Shown piece after piece: positions 26,753-41,406 of a stretch of 64,000 nucleotides of DNA. The first letter of the stretch is position 1. Each line of letters opens with the position of its first letter. A program made the translations under genes and the position numbers. The notes under the pieces are model-generated. The model searched no databases and was not told the origin of the DNA. It saw only the letters and a program-made list of their open reading frames with translations. This DNA comes from Paramecium tetraurelia (Eukaryota): the NCBI GenBank assembly GCA_000165425.1, contig CT868045.1, forward strand, positions 62,001-126,000, written 5' to 3'.

Positions 26753-27066
26753 TCATGCTTTCTTTCCACTCTTTCCTTTTTAAGCACTGCCTTTCTTATT
26801 TGAGTTCTTGACTGCACTCTTCTTTACTGATTTCTAAGTGCTTTTTTAAGTACTCTTTTGAGTAGATTTTTTTGCAGAATCCTTCTTTGCAGATGCAACT
26901 GGAGTCTTTGGTGCAGGTGCTGCAACATCAACCTTTGCAGGTGAAGCAGCTGGAACTTATTTTTTAATTTTTTTTGTAGCTGATCCACTTTCTAATAAAT
27001 TTTATATCATTTGAATTTACTTTTTCCTGATTTGCTTTAACTTCTGCTCTTTCCTCCTTTTGCCAT
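26753..27066 (-). CDS. Small Lys/Ala/Ser/Pro-rich basic protein, histone H1-like (94 aa, one 29-nt intron)
   Basis: MAKGGKEQKLKQIRKKSGSATKKIKKQVPAASPAKVDVAAPAPKTPVASAKKDSAKKSTQKSTQKSTQKSVKKSAVKNSNKKGSAQKGKSGKKA; 28 of 94 residues are Lys. Confidence 0.75.
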
Positions 27067-27456
27067 ATTTATTATTTATTATCACTTTCAAATTGAATTC
27101 TGCTAAATATCAAATTTACAATTATAAATTAATTTAATTGGCTATTTCTTCAAAATAATGAATATTAAAATCAATCACATATTTTGATCCATTTCATTCA
27201 ATAAATTCATATTTACAATTTGGATAATTTCCATTCCTAGTATTTTCCACTCAAGATTTTCAAAATTCACAGGATCTCCTCCTCCAAGAACTCCAAATCC
27301 AGCAATTTATTCCTCATCATTAAAAATTCTTGTGTATATATATTCCTAAAAATTACGTTTGAAATTTTCTGTATTTTTGTTCAATTCTATTTAATTGAAA
27401 GATCTCAATAATCCTTAGAAATAATAGTTGATTTTTAATTAAATTTATTCCTTATT

Positions 27457-29348
<1,892 letters not shown>

Positions 29349-29378
29349 TATATTTATTAATGCATGTATTATCTTAAA

Positions 29379-31527
29379 TCAGGAACTGTAATATAAATGA
29401 TAATCCCTAATCGCAAAGTATTCTAAAATTAATAAATAAATTACCACTGCCATCTCCATTTTAAATAATAATTTAAAAGATTACTGTGCCTTTATTATGC
29501 GTGAATGACACATCCACAGTAACTATTTAATCCTTATAAGAAGTGTTGGAAGAACACAGGTTTTAGAGATTAGTATGATAGTCTACGCTTTAATCCCAAA
29601 TAATGACTTTGTCAGCCAAGATTCTTAGGGATTTAGTGGGAACCCAGGCTTCCAAGAAGTAAACACTTAATTAAAGTCTCAAAATTGAGTGACTTTAGGT
29701 GAGGGACACACGCTTTTATATGAAAATATTTTTGTTTCCTATACTAATTCCTCCAGCAACACTTTTTGAATCACATGTAGTTACTGCAATTGGTGAATAA
29801 GTCAATAATTGCCAATTTTTTGGATCTGAAAATGTTGTAGTAAAAAAATTGGAATTAACTAATTTTTCCACTTATGTACAGGGAGTAGTAGAACAATCCT
29901 GGCTGATTGAGTAGATCTTGAATTAATTAAATCCATATCTATAGTTTCCAGAACTATATGGAGTTGATTCAAACTAAACTCTCACAAAATTAGCTGTGTG
30001 GTCAAATGTGTATTCGAAATATGAGTAATCTTCTAGATCATATTGCAAAGTAGTTGTGCAAGTACCAGAAGTAGATGGATCATTTTAACCTATCTATACA
30101 ATTTCGTCATAATCTTCATCGATTTTCAAATTTATATTCTGTTGAGGACCAGAGGAGTAAACTTAGAATATAATCTTGATCTTTTCATGATCTTCCAACA
30201 CGAAGTCTTTATATAAGAGATTGTATAAAGAGAGGTAATTCATATTAAGGAAATAAGAATCAGTCAAAAAGGATTTCGAGATTTACCCAGTAGCATCTGA
30301 AGGAACATAGCTTCCCCAAGATAATTGGCTTGCAAAAGAATTTAACGTTAAATCATTTTCTATTTCACTCTATGTTAGTTTGGTTCCTGTGATACAAGAT
30401 GAACCTAATCCTGGAGAACATAAAGTACATGGTGACTCACATGCTAACATATATACATTAAACTCTCTGATTCCAATTGAATCTGTTGGTGATATAGTAT
30501 CACTCACAAATGAAAACGTTAAATATTGATTAGTGTGATTGACTGTTATATCAACATCATAATATTGCTCTGGTTTTGTACTACTTCCACAAAGAGAAAG
30601 CGTCTAATATTTTTTTTGAGAATCGATCCAAATAACAGAGTTATCTAACTGTAATTAATACTGGGAATTTTGCAGTGCATCAAACTTCCAAAACTGAAAC
30701 GTTATTCTCAGTTAATAATGAGGATCAAGAAAATACTGTCTAGTTAATGTAGTTCCTGTAGAGTATTTTCCAAAAGTTGATATCTCTGTCAAATATAATT
30801 GATTAGTTACAATCGCACACATTTTCACTTATCTACTGATTAGTAACTACCCAACCTTCGTTAGAATAGAAACTAAAGCTTGTAAAATAGCTCATCTTTA
30901 AAATATACGGTTTGCATTGAGAAGCATCAACGTCGAGGTAGGTACAAAAAGTGCATCCTACTGGACAGTTGTAAGTATAAATATAAATATCTCTGATTCC
31001 CCAGTATTTCTATTCTAATAAAGCTAAATACTTATAAAGAAGGAGCTTATAAAGTAGACGTGATTTCCAAAATTAATGACCTTTAGATATGAGAAACAAT
31101 TATTTCCTAATATAAATATTGTCCAAAAGAATTTGCTAAATTTGAACTCACGGTCTATTCATCAATGATTTCTCCATTTATCTTTGTTTAAATCATTTCA
31201 TTATCCCAAGCATTTATTCTAAATTATTACATAAAATACGCCCAAATCTTCAACTTTAATTTCACTGTGTGATGAGATGCTGATATTAAAATTAACTTAT
31301 AGATAGAAACCCCAGCTCCAAAAAAATTATTCCCTCCAAAGATTGATGAGCCGTCTCTTGAATCATATCCTGGGCTCCCTCCAATCACACTCCAACCTAA
31401 ATGATTATAAACCAGATTGGAAACCTTGATTTGATGAAAAAGTGTTTTCTGTAAAAGCCGAATAGGCTAATTACATTGAACCGATGCTAATTCGACAGAT
31501 CATTAAAAAAAAAACCACGATCCACAT
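29379..31527 (-). CDS. Secreted/surface protein with repeated beta-domains and furin-like Cys linkers
   Basis: Signal-like MWIVVFFLMIC; recurring domain-end motif YWGIRDIYIY / SIGIREFNVY / YFAIRDYHLY, followed by CPVGCTFC and CESPCTLC; several introns. Confidence 0.7.
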
Positions 31528-32438
31528 CTAAAACGAAAAAATTATAAATTTAATATATAAAACCTTCATCTTAAAACAAAAATGTTTATTAGGTTTATGA
31601 CTAATTATAACAAAAAATATAAAAACTGTAGGATTTATAGATAATAATTGATTTGTTAATGTATCTTATCTTTCAATTAAAAGACTTACAATAATATCTG
31701 TTTTATCCTGGATATTTGTTCATTATTATTCAAACCAGATTTGATAAATTTATTTTTCGAATTAAAGAATTTTCTCATTTATTGTAATAAAGTAAGTATG
31801 AAAATACAAAATTTAAGGAAATAAAGAAAAATTGAATAAATATATTATAAATTCTATTTTCTATTAATTTTTTATTGTCTCTTTAAATTTAAAAGTCTTA
31901 CATCAATCTATTTATTTTTTATGTATTGATATCGAAGTTTTCTTGGTTTCAAATTAGCATTACGTATTAAATGTGAGATTACTTTTGAATTTTTGATTTA
32001 CAACTTTTGTTAAATAAAAATTCTATGCTAATGACTAAGAAACAAATTTTGTTAATCATCTTTAATGAAGAGGAGCTATTTCCTCATTTAAGGATAATAT
32101 AGCATTTTTAATGGTGAGAAACCTATCTTCAAATTGTAATTATACAATTGCAAATGTAAAAGCATCAACTTTATCATAAATAAATCATTTATGTATTAAT
32201 AACTAAGTATGTTATTTGGAATATTAAGAAGAGCAAAATAAGACTGAATGCAATATGATTTTCCATTTTGTAAATTTGTTTATTCTCCCATCATGCATTT
32301 CTTAAGAATTAAAACATGCTGTTTTTATTTATGAATTAGTTTGTTTTTTGCTTCTTCTTCAGTATGATTATTATTGATTTCAGTTTCCTCTTATTATTGT
32401 AGTTATTGAATATTAATTATATTATATTATAATATAAT

Positions 32439-33953
32439 ATGGATTTAAAGGTTATCATTTAAAATTGTGTTTTGGTAACTTAAGGCAATTTTTTTATGGT
32501 TGTTTAAATCGATGAGTTGCAGTATACTTCAAAAGAAAAGAAGACCTAAAAGTTTAGAAGTGAGGTTCAATTTACAAATGCTCACCCCTAATTTAGTAAG
32601 AATGTTTTTCAATTCACCAACCTTTCATATGGGGATAGAGTCACTCTCAAAGTAGGTTGTTTCAACACCAGATTAACTTCTGAACCTCAGGAATAACGAA
32701 AGTTACTTGAGCATTCGATTCTTTTTGGAACTATGCAATTGGTCCTTACAGTGAAACTATTAGAAGTACTTCGGATTGAAGGCTAATTGTAACATGAATC
32801 TCTTCTATACGACCCAGAAGATCAAAGGAAGGAGAAAGGGAGAATTTCTATTTTACTTAGACATCAATCTCATGATCTTAAAGCATAAGTAGAAGATGAT
32901 GTTGAGAGGATAGAAGAGATCTATTATGATCCATTTGAAAAAGATCAAGCTGTAATCAGGAGAAAATTGCAAAGAGTTGAATTAAAACTTACAAGTTTGA
33001 ATTTGTCTATGGAACCTATACAAAAGAAACTCAATTTCATTCGAACTGCTCATAAGTAAATATCGTTTGATTTGGCAACTCTCAGATAATAGAAAGATCA
33101 AATCGAAGAGGAGAATAATTACTTCTAAAAAATTGTAAACCAGAAAAATGATGTTAAAGAATTGCACATTTAGATCGATTTATTATGTAATACCGATTAC
33201 GGGTAAGACATTTTAAAGAAGAAACTAGTTTTGCTAATGAATAAATTAGAATTTGAACGTAGAATTTATCACGAATTGTCAAATCACTATTACTAAATAG
33301 AAAATGCTCACACAGAGGCAAAGACTAAAACTCAGGAGCTGCAAACACTTAAAGATACTATCCAAGAACAAGACTTTCTCATCAAAAGGTTGGAAGATCA
33401 AAGGCCTATTTTAACTAATTTGAAGGAAACTATGGAAAATTAAGAAAATATCATTCTAAGCTTATAGGACACAATCAAAGAAACCTCAAAGAATTTGACT
33501 AGGTTAGACAAACAATAATTATTTTACAATTTAGATAAGTTAAGGGCTGATCAACAATTACTTAAATAGAAATAAGTTTAGTTATAGCATATATCGGAGA
33601 TGAATAAGGGAGAAATTCCACGATCTTTCTTTGAACAATTCAAAAATGATGAATTTTTTAGAGATAATCCCATTATTGTGAGTAAATTTCAAAAAAGAGC
33701 AGAGATGCTATTAAAGGAAATAGAATTATTGCAAGAAGGATTAGCAGAGACTAGATATGCGCCAATATAACAATCGCTTCGTCCAAAATCATAAGGCACT
33801 TCTGATAATGTAATCCTTTAATTGGAAATATAACAAGCAGAAAATAAGGCAGAAATATTAGAGGAGTAAATGTTAGCTGTGGCAAGAAATTACGCAAAAT
33901 AAATTGCAGATCTAAAAGCATAATTAAATATAATTGAAGCATAATTACGATGA
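32439..33953 (+). CDS. C2-like domain + coiled-coil protein (CCDC33-like), 504 aa, intronless
   Basis: Uninterrupted code-6 ORF; N-terminal beta-rich KFRSEVQFTNAHPQFSKNVF; C-terminal ARNYAKQIADLKAQL. Confidence 0.75.
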
Positions 33954-33958
33954 ACTTA

Positions 33959-34144
33959 TCAATTAAAACCATATTTTTACTACATTATAATTGATGCTGC
34001 TATTTCTAAATTACCATTTGTCTAATCTAATACAATAATAGCCTCAGCTCTTGAAGCTCCAATATTAATAATTGCTTGTATTGAAGATTCTGGATGTCTA
34101 GTATGAGTATTGGGTTGCTATTATTATTATTATTATTATTATTA

Positions 34145-34176
<32 letters not shown>

Positions 34177-35310
34177 CTGGTTAAGTTGAAATTTTAATAG
34201 GCTATTCTTCTTCTATTTAAGATTCGCTGTTTTGTCTTTTTAAGATTTCCTATTCTTATTATATACTTATCCTTCGATGAATCTAACCTTCTGGAAGAAA
34301 TTGTACATTCAACTTTTCATTTGGAAATATTAAACAATTATCTTTTAAATTGATATTACACTAATTGTTTAAGTTGGAAAATTACTTAATATCTTTTAAG
34401 CATATCTAATCCAAACAAAAAATCAATGCCATCTCCATCCAAAATAGTTAAAGAACATGGTAAAAACTAATGTTTAGTCAAATAGATTACTTGATCTAAT
34501 ATTTACATTTCCACAACATGAATTCTTCCGATAATTTTTTATGTTCCAACTCCTTAAGCTATACCTTAAAAACGCGTGTCTACCAATCTCATAATTCCAC
34601 ATCTTTCTGCACATGCTTTTGACATTATTGTACTTTGTGCTCCACTATCAACAAAAGCCTAAACAGGATGACGATTAATTGACAATTCAATATATAACAT
34701 AGTGACAGTTCCAAAACTTTCAGGAATGAATTCTTAAGCATATTCTCGATTCTCTTCAATATTTTTTTTGTTGATCATCTCCTCAATAAGTTTTTAATTT
34801 TCAGGGTTAAGGGGATCCTACTCCAATTGCTACATCTTTCGTATGTATTCTTACTATTCTTAGAATTTTTTTTATTTCTAAATGAAAGAGATTAATACTT
34901 ATTATTAAATGTACTCTATGACACCTGCTAATTTTTTATTTTCAATTGATTCTGCCAATTTTGGATCCTTGCTTCTCATTCCCTCAATCAAATGAGGATT
35001 TTATTGGCAATGCTTGATCAATTTGATGGCTTCTTATTCCAAAGGGGTTCTTTATTATTTTTATTTCCTTTCAATAAGAACCAAATCATCGTTCTGCATA
35101 TTATACTTTGAGAGAGTATCATTATCAATCATGACTTTTCCTCCGTAAATCAATAATTATCTGGCTACTGCTATTTAGAACTTAGAATAGCCTAAAATAT
35201 ACTTCAACTTCTATTAATGCCTTCAAATCCAATACAGTGAGCGTTTATTCTACTTCCAAGATAGAAATTTTATCTTTCACAGGGTCTGTGACTTATATTC
35301 TAAAAGACAT
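33959..35310 (-). CDS. DDI1: DNA damage-inducible protein 1 (UBL - retroviral-like aspartic protease - UBA)
   Basis: [52 protein letters not shown]-terminal UBA. Confidence 0.96.
34119..34176 (-). repeat. (TAA)n trinucleotide tract encoding polyglutamine in the DDI1 linker
   Basis: tta-repeat on + strand; in frame between the protease and UBA domains. Confidence 0.85.
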
Positions 35311-35826
35311 TTCTAATTTATTTTATTAATTATTTATATATTATATCAACAAAATAATACAGACCTCTATCAATAATTACACTATAAAAAAAAGAAGAAG
35401 AAAATTTTACCTTATAAGAAATTCCTATATGAAATTCTGTCTAGCCACAATTAAAATTTATTAATCCCAATATAAAGCGTGCGCATAATTCATATAACAC
35501 CATTAAGTGATAGATAACCATTATGATGAAGGAATTATTGTTCAAATTTCAAAAATAATTTCAGATTCAAATGAATTTTAAATTAAAGTAATATAGAATT
35601 AAAATGATATTATACAATCAATGACGTGTTGCCATTAAAATATACTAAGAGGCATAGTGTGTGTATCAATATGTGAATATTTGAACAAACATGTTGAAAT
35701 AATAATACAACTCCAATAAATAATAAATGTAAATATAAAGTTGAGTAGTTATATTAATAGTGTGGATTATGATATATTTTAAATCGTTTTTAAATTCTTA
35801 TTTTTATCACTTAAAAAAATAAAACC

Positions 35827-36386
35827 ATGAATAAACAATTTAAGGTAGCCTTGATAGGTGATTCCAGGAGTGGGAAGTCATCACTGGTGAGAAGTTTAAA
35901 GGGAGAAGAGTTTTTATACGAAACACAAGAAACTGTCGGAATTGATTTTTATCAAAGAATGTTAGATTTCAAAAATATCAACTATACATTTAAACTTTAT
36001 GATTCTAGTGGATGTGAAGCTTACAGATTAGTTTTAAATAGAGTTTTGAGTCAAATTGATGCAGCAATCATTTGCTTCGATGCATCATAAGACAAGTACT
36101 AAGAACAAATAACGAGTTGGTGTCATTTAATAGAGAATGAATTAAGAACAATACCAACTTTTCTAGTAGGGAATAAAATTGACATACAAAATTTTAGTTA
36201 AATTTCGGATATATCTTCAAAATATCCAGTTTTCTTTGTATCAGCTAAGACAGGAGAAAACGTGTAGAAATGTTTTAATAAAATATTTCTCTCATTGACA
36301 CCTCAGAAGCACACTATGATTTAAAAAAGCCTGAGAATAAAAAGAGCACTTGGGGATTACTTTGTTCTTGTTGCAAATCAGAATGA
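35827..36386 (+). CDS. Divergent Rab-family small GTPase (C-terminus appears frameshifted)
   Basis: GDSRSGKS, ETVGIDF, YDSSGCE, VGNKID, VSAKTG; tail GLLCSCCKSE-TGA lies in the -1 frame. Confidence 0.85.
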
Positions 36387-36639
36387 GAAGATGATTCTAG
36401 AATATTTATTGTTTATTGTTTATTATTGTATGCATGAATAATAATTATGAATTTATTTCGAATATGACCTATCCTTAAGCTGTTGAAAACAAAAATTCTT
36501 TTTATAGAGTAAATAAGGAATTATTGAGAAGCAGAATTTGACTGAAAATAATGTTTACTTTTGATTTTAGTTATGGATCAATAATATATTTTAATTCAAT
36601 TATTTTTACAATCAGAAATTATACATATAATTAAAATAG

Positions 36640-37300
36640 ATGAGTTCAAGAAATGGATCTAAAGAAAGACAAACAAAAGAGATTGGAAAATCTTTATTTG
36701 GGGAGCATTCCAAAAACTTACCACCCTTTTTTGCTGAAAATATATTATTTTTAGAAATGGAAGTTGAATGCAATAATGTTACTATTGAAGTTGTGAATCA
36801 ATTATTGGAATTATACAGAGTATTATAACATCATATAAAGTAGATTGGTGTAGAATACTTTGAATCAATTAAAAGCAATAAGTTTTTGATTTTTAAGAAT
36901 AAGACTTAGCAATTATTAATGAAAGGAACAGTTAATTAGTGCATGAATGTTGCTTATGAAGAACTGAAACATGAAACAGCACTCAAAAGAACATCACATC
37001 CTGAAAATCCAGAGAAAATCCCTCCCTTACCTCCATCGACAAAATTAGTGATTGCATAGAAATCTCAGAAATAATAGGAAGTAGAAAACCAACTCAAATA
37101 TATAAAAGATCAAGATCAAAAATTGCAAGTTAATCAATTATTGGAATATCACGGATATGAGTCTTAACGTGTCACAAGAATACATAACAAGTAATTAATT
37201 TTATTATCTTAGAGCTCTGTAAGAATAGGAAGATTAAGTGTAGCAACGCTTGTAAAAAAGGAGAATGAAATCTGTTAAACTAAAAGGATAAATGGAATGA
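36640..37300 (+). CDS. Hypothetical protein (2 introns)
   Basis: LPPFFAENILFLEMEVE...QLLELYRIGVEYFESIKS...RLQKRRMKS. Confidence 0.75.
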
Positions 37301-37360
37301 AACAATTTCAATACTAATTGATTTTCTATCTGTAATATTATTATTATTATTATTATTATT

Positions 37361-38153
37361 ATGTCTATTTTATTTACAACAGAAGAATTGAAATAAATTG
37401 AACCTCATCCCTATGAATACGTATAAACAAAAACAAAATATCTAGAACAAATGAGCTCCTTTAATTACACTAAAACTACTTAGCTCCCTTTTATTTCAGT
37501 AGCAAAAGCTTAACATCGACAATTATTGGATAAAGTCAAATATTATTAATTTGAAGAAAAGAAATAATTGCCCACATATCAATTCAATACAATTTTTGAC
37601 GAAAAATCTCAACCTCCTATTAATACTGAAGATGCCAGATAGCAATATTATCGAGAATTTATACTCTAACCCAAGGAGGAAGAGATATCAAAGAAAGAAA
37701 AAGAGAAGAATCGATATTTACATATATGTGGAGTCATAAACGCATAGAATCAAATAGATAAAAAGGAATACAAAAATCATATAAAAGAATTGAAGTAATT
37801 GCAAAGAGAAGTTGAGTAAATTCAACAATAAACTAAGAAACCATATTATCCAACAAAGGAGATGTGTCGTAATACTAATCTGATCAGTAAATTGGCAACT
37901 CCTATGTTGAATATGTACAATGTGTATTTTAAAGGAAATATTTGATGCATTAATTGATGACATTCTCCTAGAAGAAGTAATGAAAAGTTATATATTTTAG
38001 GTGCAATATTTGAATGAATAGTAGAATAAAACTATGACTGAGAATGAGCAACCCGAAATCCCAGAGTTTGATAATGAGGAGGTTTAGGAGTAGCTCAATG
38101 TTGATGTTAAAGATCTCTTATTAGAACTTGGCAATATTATGGATGAGTACTGA
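37361..38153 (+). CDS. Hypothetical coiled-coil protein
   Basis: MSILFTTEELKQIEPHPY...DILLEEVQYLNE...LGNIMDEY-TGA; intron boundaries near 37920 uncertain. Confidence 0.6.
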
Positions 38154-38188
38154 TTAATTAATAATTATATTATAACCGTTAAAACAAA

Positions 38189-39293
38189 ATGAATTAACTT
38201 GCCAATTACATGCAATGCTAGACTAAAAGAGTCGTCTCTGTTTATTAGCAACAATGTTATTGTAGATCTCCTCAAGGAAGAAAATGTGCAGTTGTTAATC
38301 AACAATTCAGTCCAAATGAATAGAAATATATGAAATAGTTCAAGTGCATTGATCAATAGAAATACTAATAACCTAAAGCAATTATATATCTACAAAAAGG
38401 AATGTCCCCAACCAACAAATAGCCACTCATAGCTACAAAATTAAAGGTTTAAGATAAAGAAAATAATAATAATAACCATTATTATAATGCAAATATTATC
38501 TTCCAACCATGCAAAACTCCCAGGGATACTTTGAAATAATAGTTATTTTCACAATAGAATTCACCGAATATCAAATAACCAACTCCTTAATTTGAAAACC
38601 GTTATAATTAAGATTACAAAAACCAAGAATCCCGATTATCAAAATCATAAATCAAATTTAGATTTGTAGATTCTGAAAAGCAGACATCTGATGAATAACA
38701 ACTTAAAATTATAGCAAATTAATTAAATAAAATTTAAATTGGTCCAAAGGTACCAGACATGTCTCCAAATTCAATTAAATCTGATGAATTCTTAGTACAA
38801 ATGGACTCAGTAAAGAAATCTGATTATTCTAATAAATCCCAAACAAAGAATGTTTGTATCTAAGCCTTTGAAAGCACTTAATTTGAGAAACATGATGAAT
38901 AATTAAGTAAAATTTTTGGATCTTTGAAGAAGCTTAAGATCATAAAAAAGAAACAAACTCAGCCTACTCTTTAAACCTAGGTCACTCAAAGAACAATGGA
39001 AGAAGATAGCATGATGAAATTGGATTCATAATAGGATCAATATTCAAAACCAATAAGTGGATTATCAGAAATAGAAATTTAATATGAAAAGTTTCAAACA
39101 GAATTAACTAATCTGGTATTATATTTTTATGATAAAGGATTCAAATAGAATTAAAAACCATTAAGTTGAGGAACATGACTAATTTATGAATTTTCGATAA
39201 AATATTGCAACCCCAAAATAATTAACATAAAATAATATTAGTAGTTTTATTATAAATAAATGTAGGTTTCTTGATGTATAAATAGTAATTTGA
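38189..39293 (+). CDS. Hypothetical low-complexity protein (3' end uncertain)
   Basis: Long code-6 ORF MNQLANYMQCQTK...; stops at 39168 unspliced or 39293 with a 22-nt intron. Confidence 0.55.
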
Positions 39294-39379
39294 GAAAAAG
39301 TAATGAAATTTTTGTTTATATTTAGTTATTATCTAAGAACTTCAAATTTAATTTACATATACTTAATAACAAATGTCAT

Positions 39380-40335
39380 TCAATTGAAAAATCTTTGCTA
39401 TTATTTTATTCTTTCCTTAATGTAGTGTGAGTTGGGAAGGTCAAATCTAACTTTGCGTTTTTCTTGTTGTTAAGTTCGAAAAGAATCATTATTCTTTTGT
39501 TGTTATTTTAAAACACTTCTAGGAGTGACACTTTTTTAGTCATCTGACAAATCAGCTGTGTGTGATCTATTTTTTAATTACTAATCTGTGAGCACAGACA
39601 AGGATTATTTATTCAGATTCGGTTCCATACTTACTTAAGTTACAGGATGTGACAATTTAGATGGAGAACTTTCTCTAGAAATGGATGGTTATTGAATCAA
39701 GAATGGAGCTGATGATGTCGCAATGTTGGACAATTCAGCACCAGTTGTTGTAGGTGTTTTCATGGTTATTGTTGGGTCGTTAATGGATTAAATTTGATCT
39801 AATGTTTATTTATTTTCTATAGTATTATGTTTAAGTGTTTGAAATTAAGGGGAATCCATTTTGATTTCCTTCTAACTAAATGGTTAATCAATTGTTTCTT
39901 GAAATTTGAAGACAACGCTTTCTTAGCTAAAGTAGGTCAAGCTTCGATTAAATTTTATATTTCTAATTTTAGGTTTTCTTATTTTCCGTATTTGGCTACT
40001 TTCAGTTGGAATGTTACATTCTTCAGAGATCAAATACCTTTCAGTTGAGTTAGGTGATCGATTTGATGCTTTTCGATTAGTAGAGAATTTAGTTTTATTA
40101 AGCGAGTCACTCGAATTGGACTGTGCTGGAGATCCTGTTTTGCTTTTGCTATTTGAGAATCTATTTGATCTTTTCTACATACTTAAAACTATTTTACCAT
40201 CTGATCTTAACTTATCCTCCTTCGGATTTCCCTTGCTTGTTCCTCAAGTAAAATAGTATTTTGACTTCCACATTGGCATGCCAACCTATTCTACTAGCAT
40301 ACGCACCTGCAATTTTTTAACTAACAAGTACCCAT
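39380..40335 (-). CDS. Acylated disordered protein with putative PP1-docking motifs
   Basis: MGTCQ N-terminus; TPRSVLK (SILK-like) followed by KRKVRF (RVxF). Confidence 0.65.
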
Positions 40336-40364
40336 TTTAATTGATATAATTATTACATTAATAA

Positions 40365-41162
40365 TCAATTTTTGTAAATTTCCTCTAACATTTTGATAGT
40401 CTTGATGCAATCAGATTTTTCCTATTTTCCTGGTTTCACACACATAATTAGTATTCCCTTGTCTTTCGTTTCTCTCTTGAATCCCTCCAAGCCTCTGCAA
40501 GCTATCATGTGTTGTCCCCCTTAAGCAATTAATTAATAATGCTTAAGTCCTGCTAGTATACTTTTAATAGTTTATTTTATATCATCACTCAATTGCAGAT
40601 TGATGGTCTTCTCTCCTGATTCTGTTTACAATTATAGTTTGAATTGTTTTGGCATTATCCGTTTGATTAGTTCTTAGAATAACTGCTTCTTGCCACTCTG
40701 TTTTTATCCTACGATCATTATTTGTTATGATTGGGGAATGTCATTTGAATTGCCCAAAGCTGCCTATTTTAAGTAGTAATATCTCAATGAATGAATTGTA
40801 CCATCTTCATTCATTTTCCTCACTTCAATTTTATGTGGAGTCATCAGTTTAAAGTGATCATTCAATCTATTTGCTACTGGGAAATACAAATATGGCTGTT
40901 ATTAAATGATCTCATGGAGTGATTATGTAGGTATTCTCTCGACAGTTGGTTTTGCTTCATAATGACAGATGAAGGTTCTTAGGTTATTCAGATATTCTCT
41001 CGCTGCTTTGGGTGACATAGCCTACCTGAGTGTAGGAGATTGATATTTAGAAATAGTGGATTGATCCTAGTCTCTATTTTATTTGTTAAGAGGTGTTTTT
41101 GTTACTACCTCTCCGAAATGACTCTATTTTATAAGTGAACTTTAGCTGTTACTATAATACAT
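40365..41162 (-). CDS. Hypothetical protein with degenerate P-loop, possible kinesin-motor remnant (265 aa)
   Basis: Intronless ORF; IMIVGQKQSGKK and ILIMCVKPGKQEKSDCIKTIKML. Confidence 0.65.
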
Positions 41163-41406
41163 ATTATTTTTAAAGTAATTATTTATAACATGTAATTGCA
41201 ATTTTGATCATTCGAAATATTGTATCAATACAAAGATTACATTTATGAGTCATTGTTTTCCAACAACATTTAATTATTAGGTGAGGTTTTCAATTATTAA
41301 AACTTTAATGAATTGGTTTATGTAAGAATTAAAAAATAGTATTTTGATTTTTGGACTTATATAATTGCTCCGGGATTTATAATTTAACAGAAAAAAAAAT
41401 AAATTT

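Noticed and set aside
37337..37360. (TTA)n tract upstream of ATG 37361
   Set aside because: Ordinary short AT microsatellite in intergenic DNA
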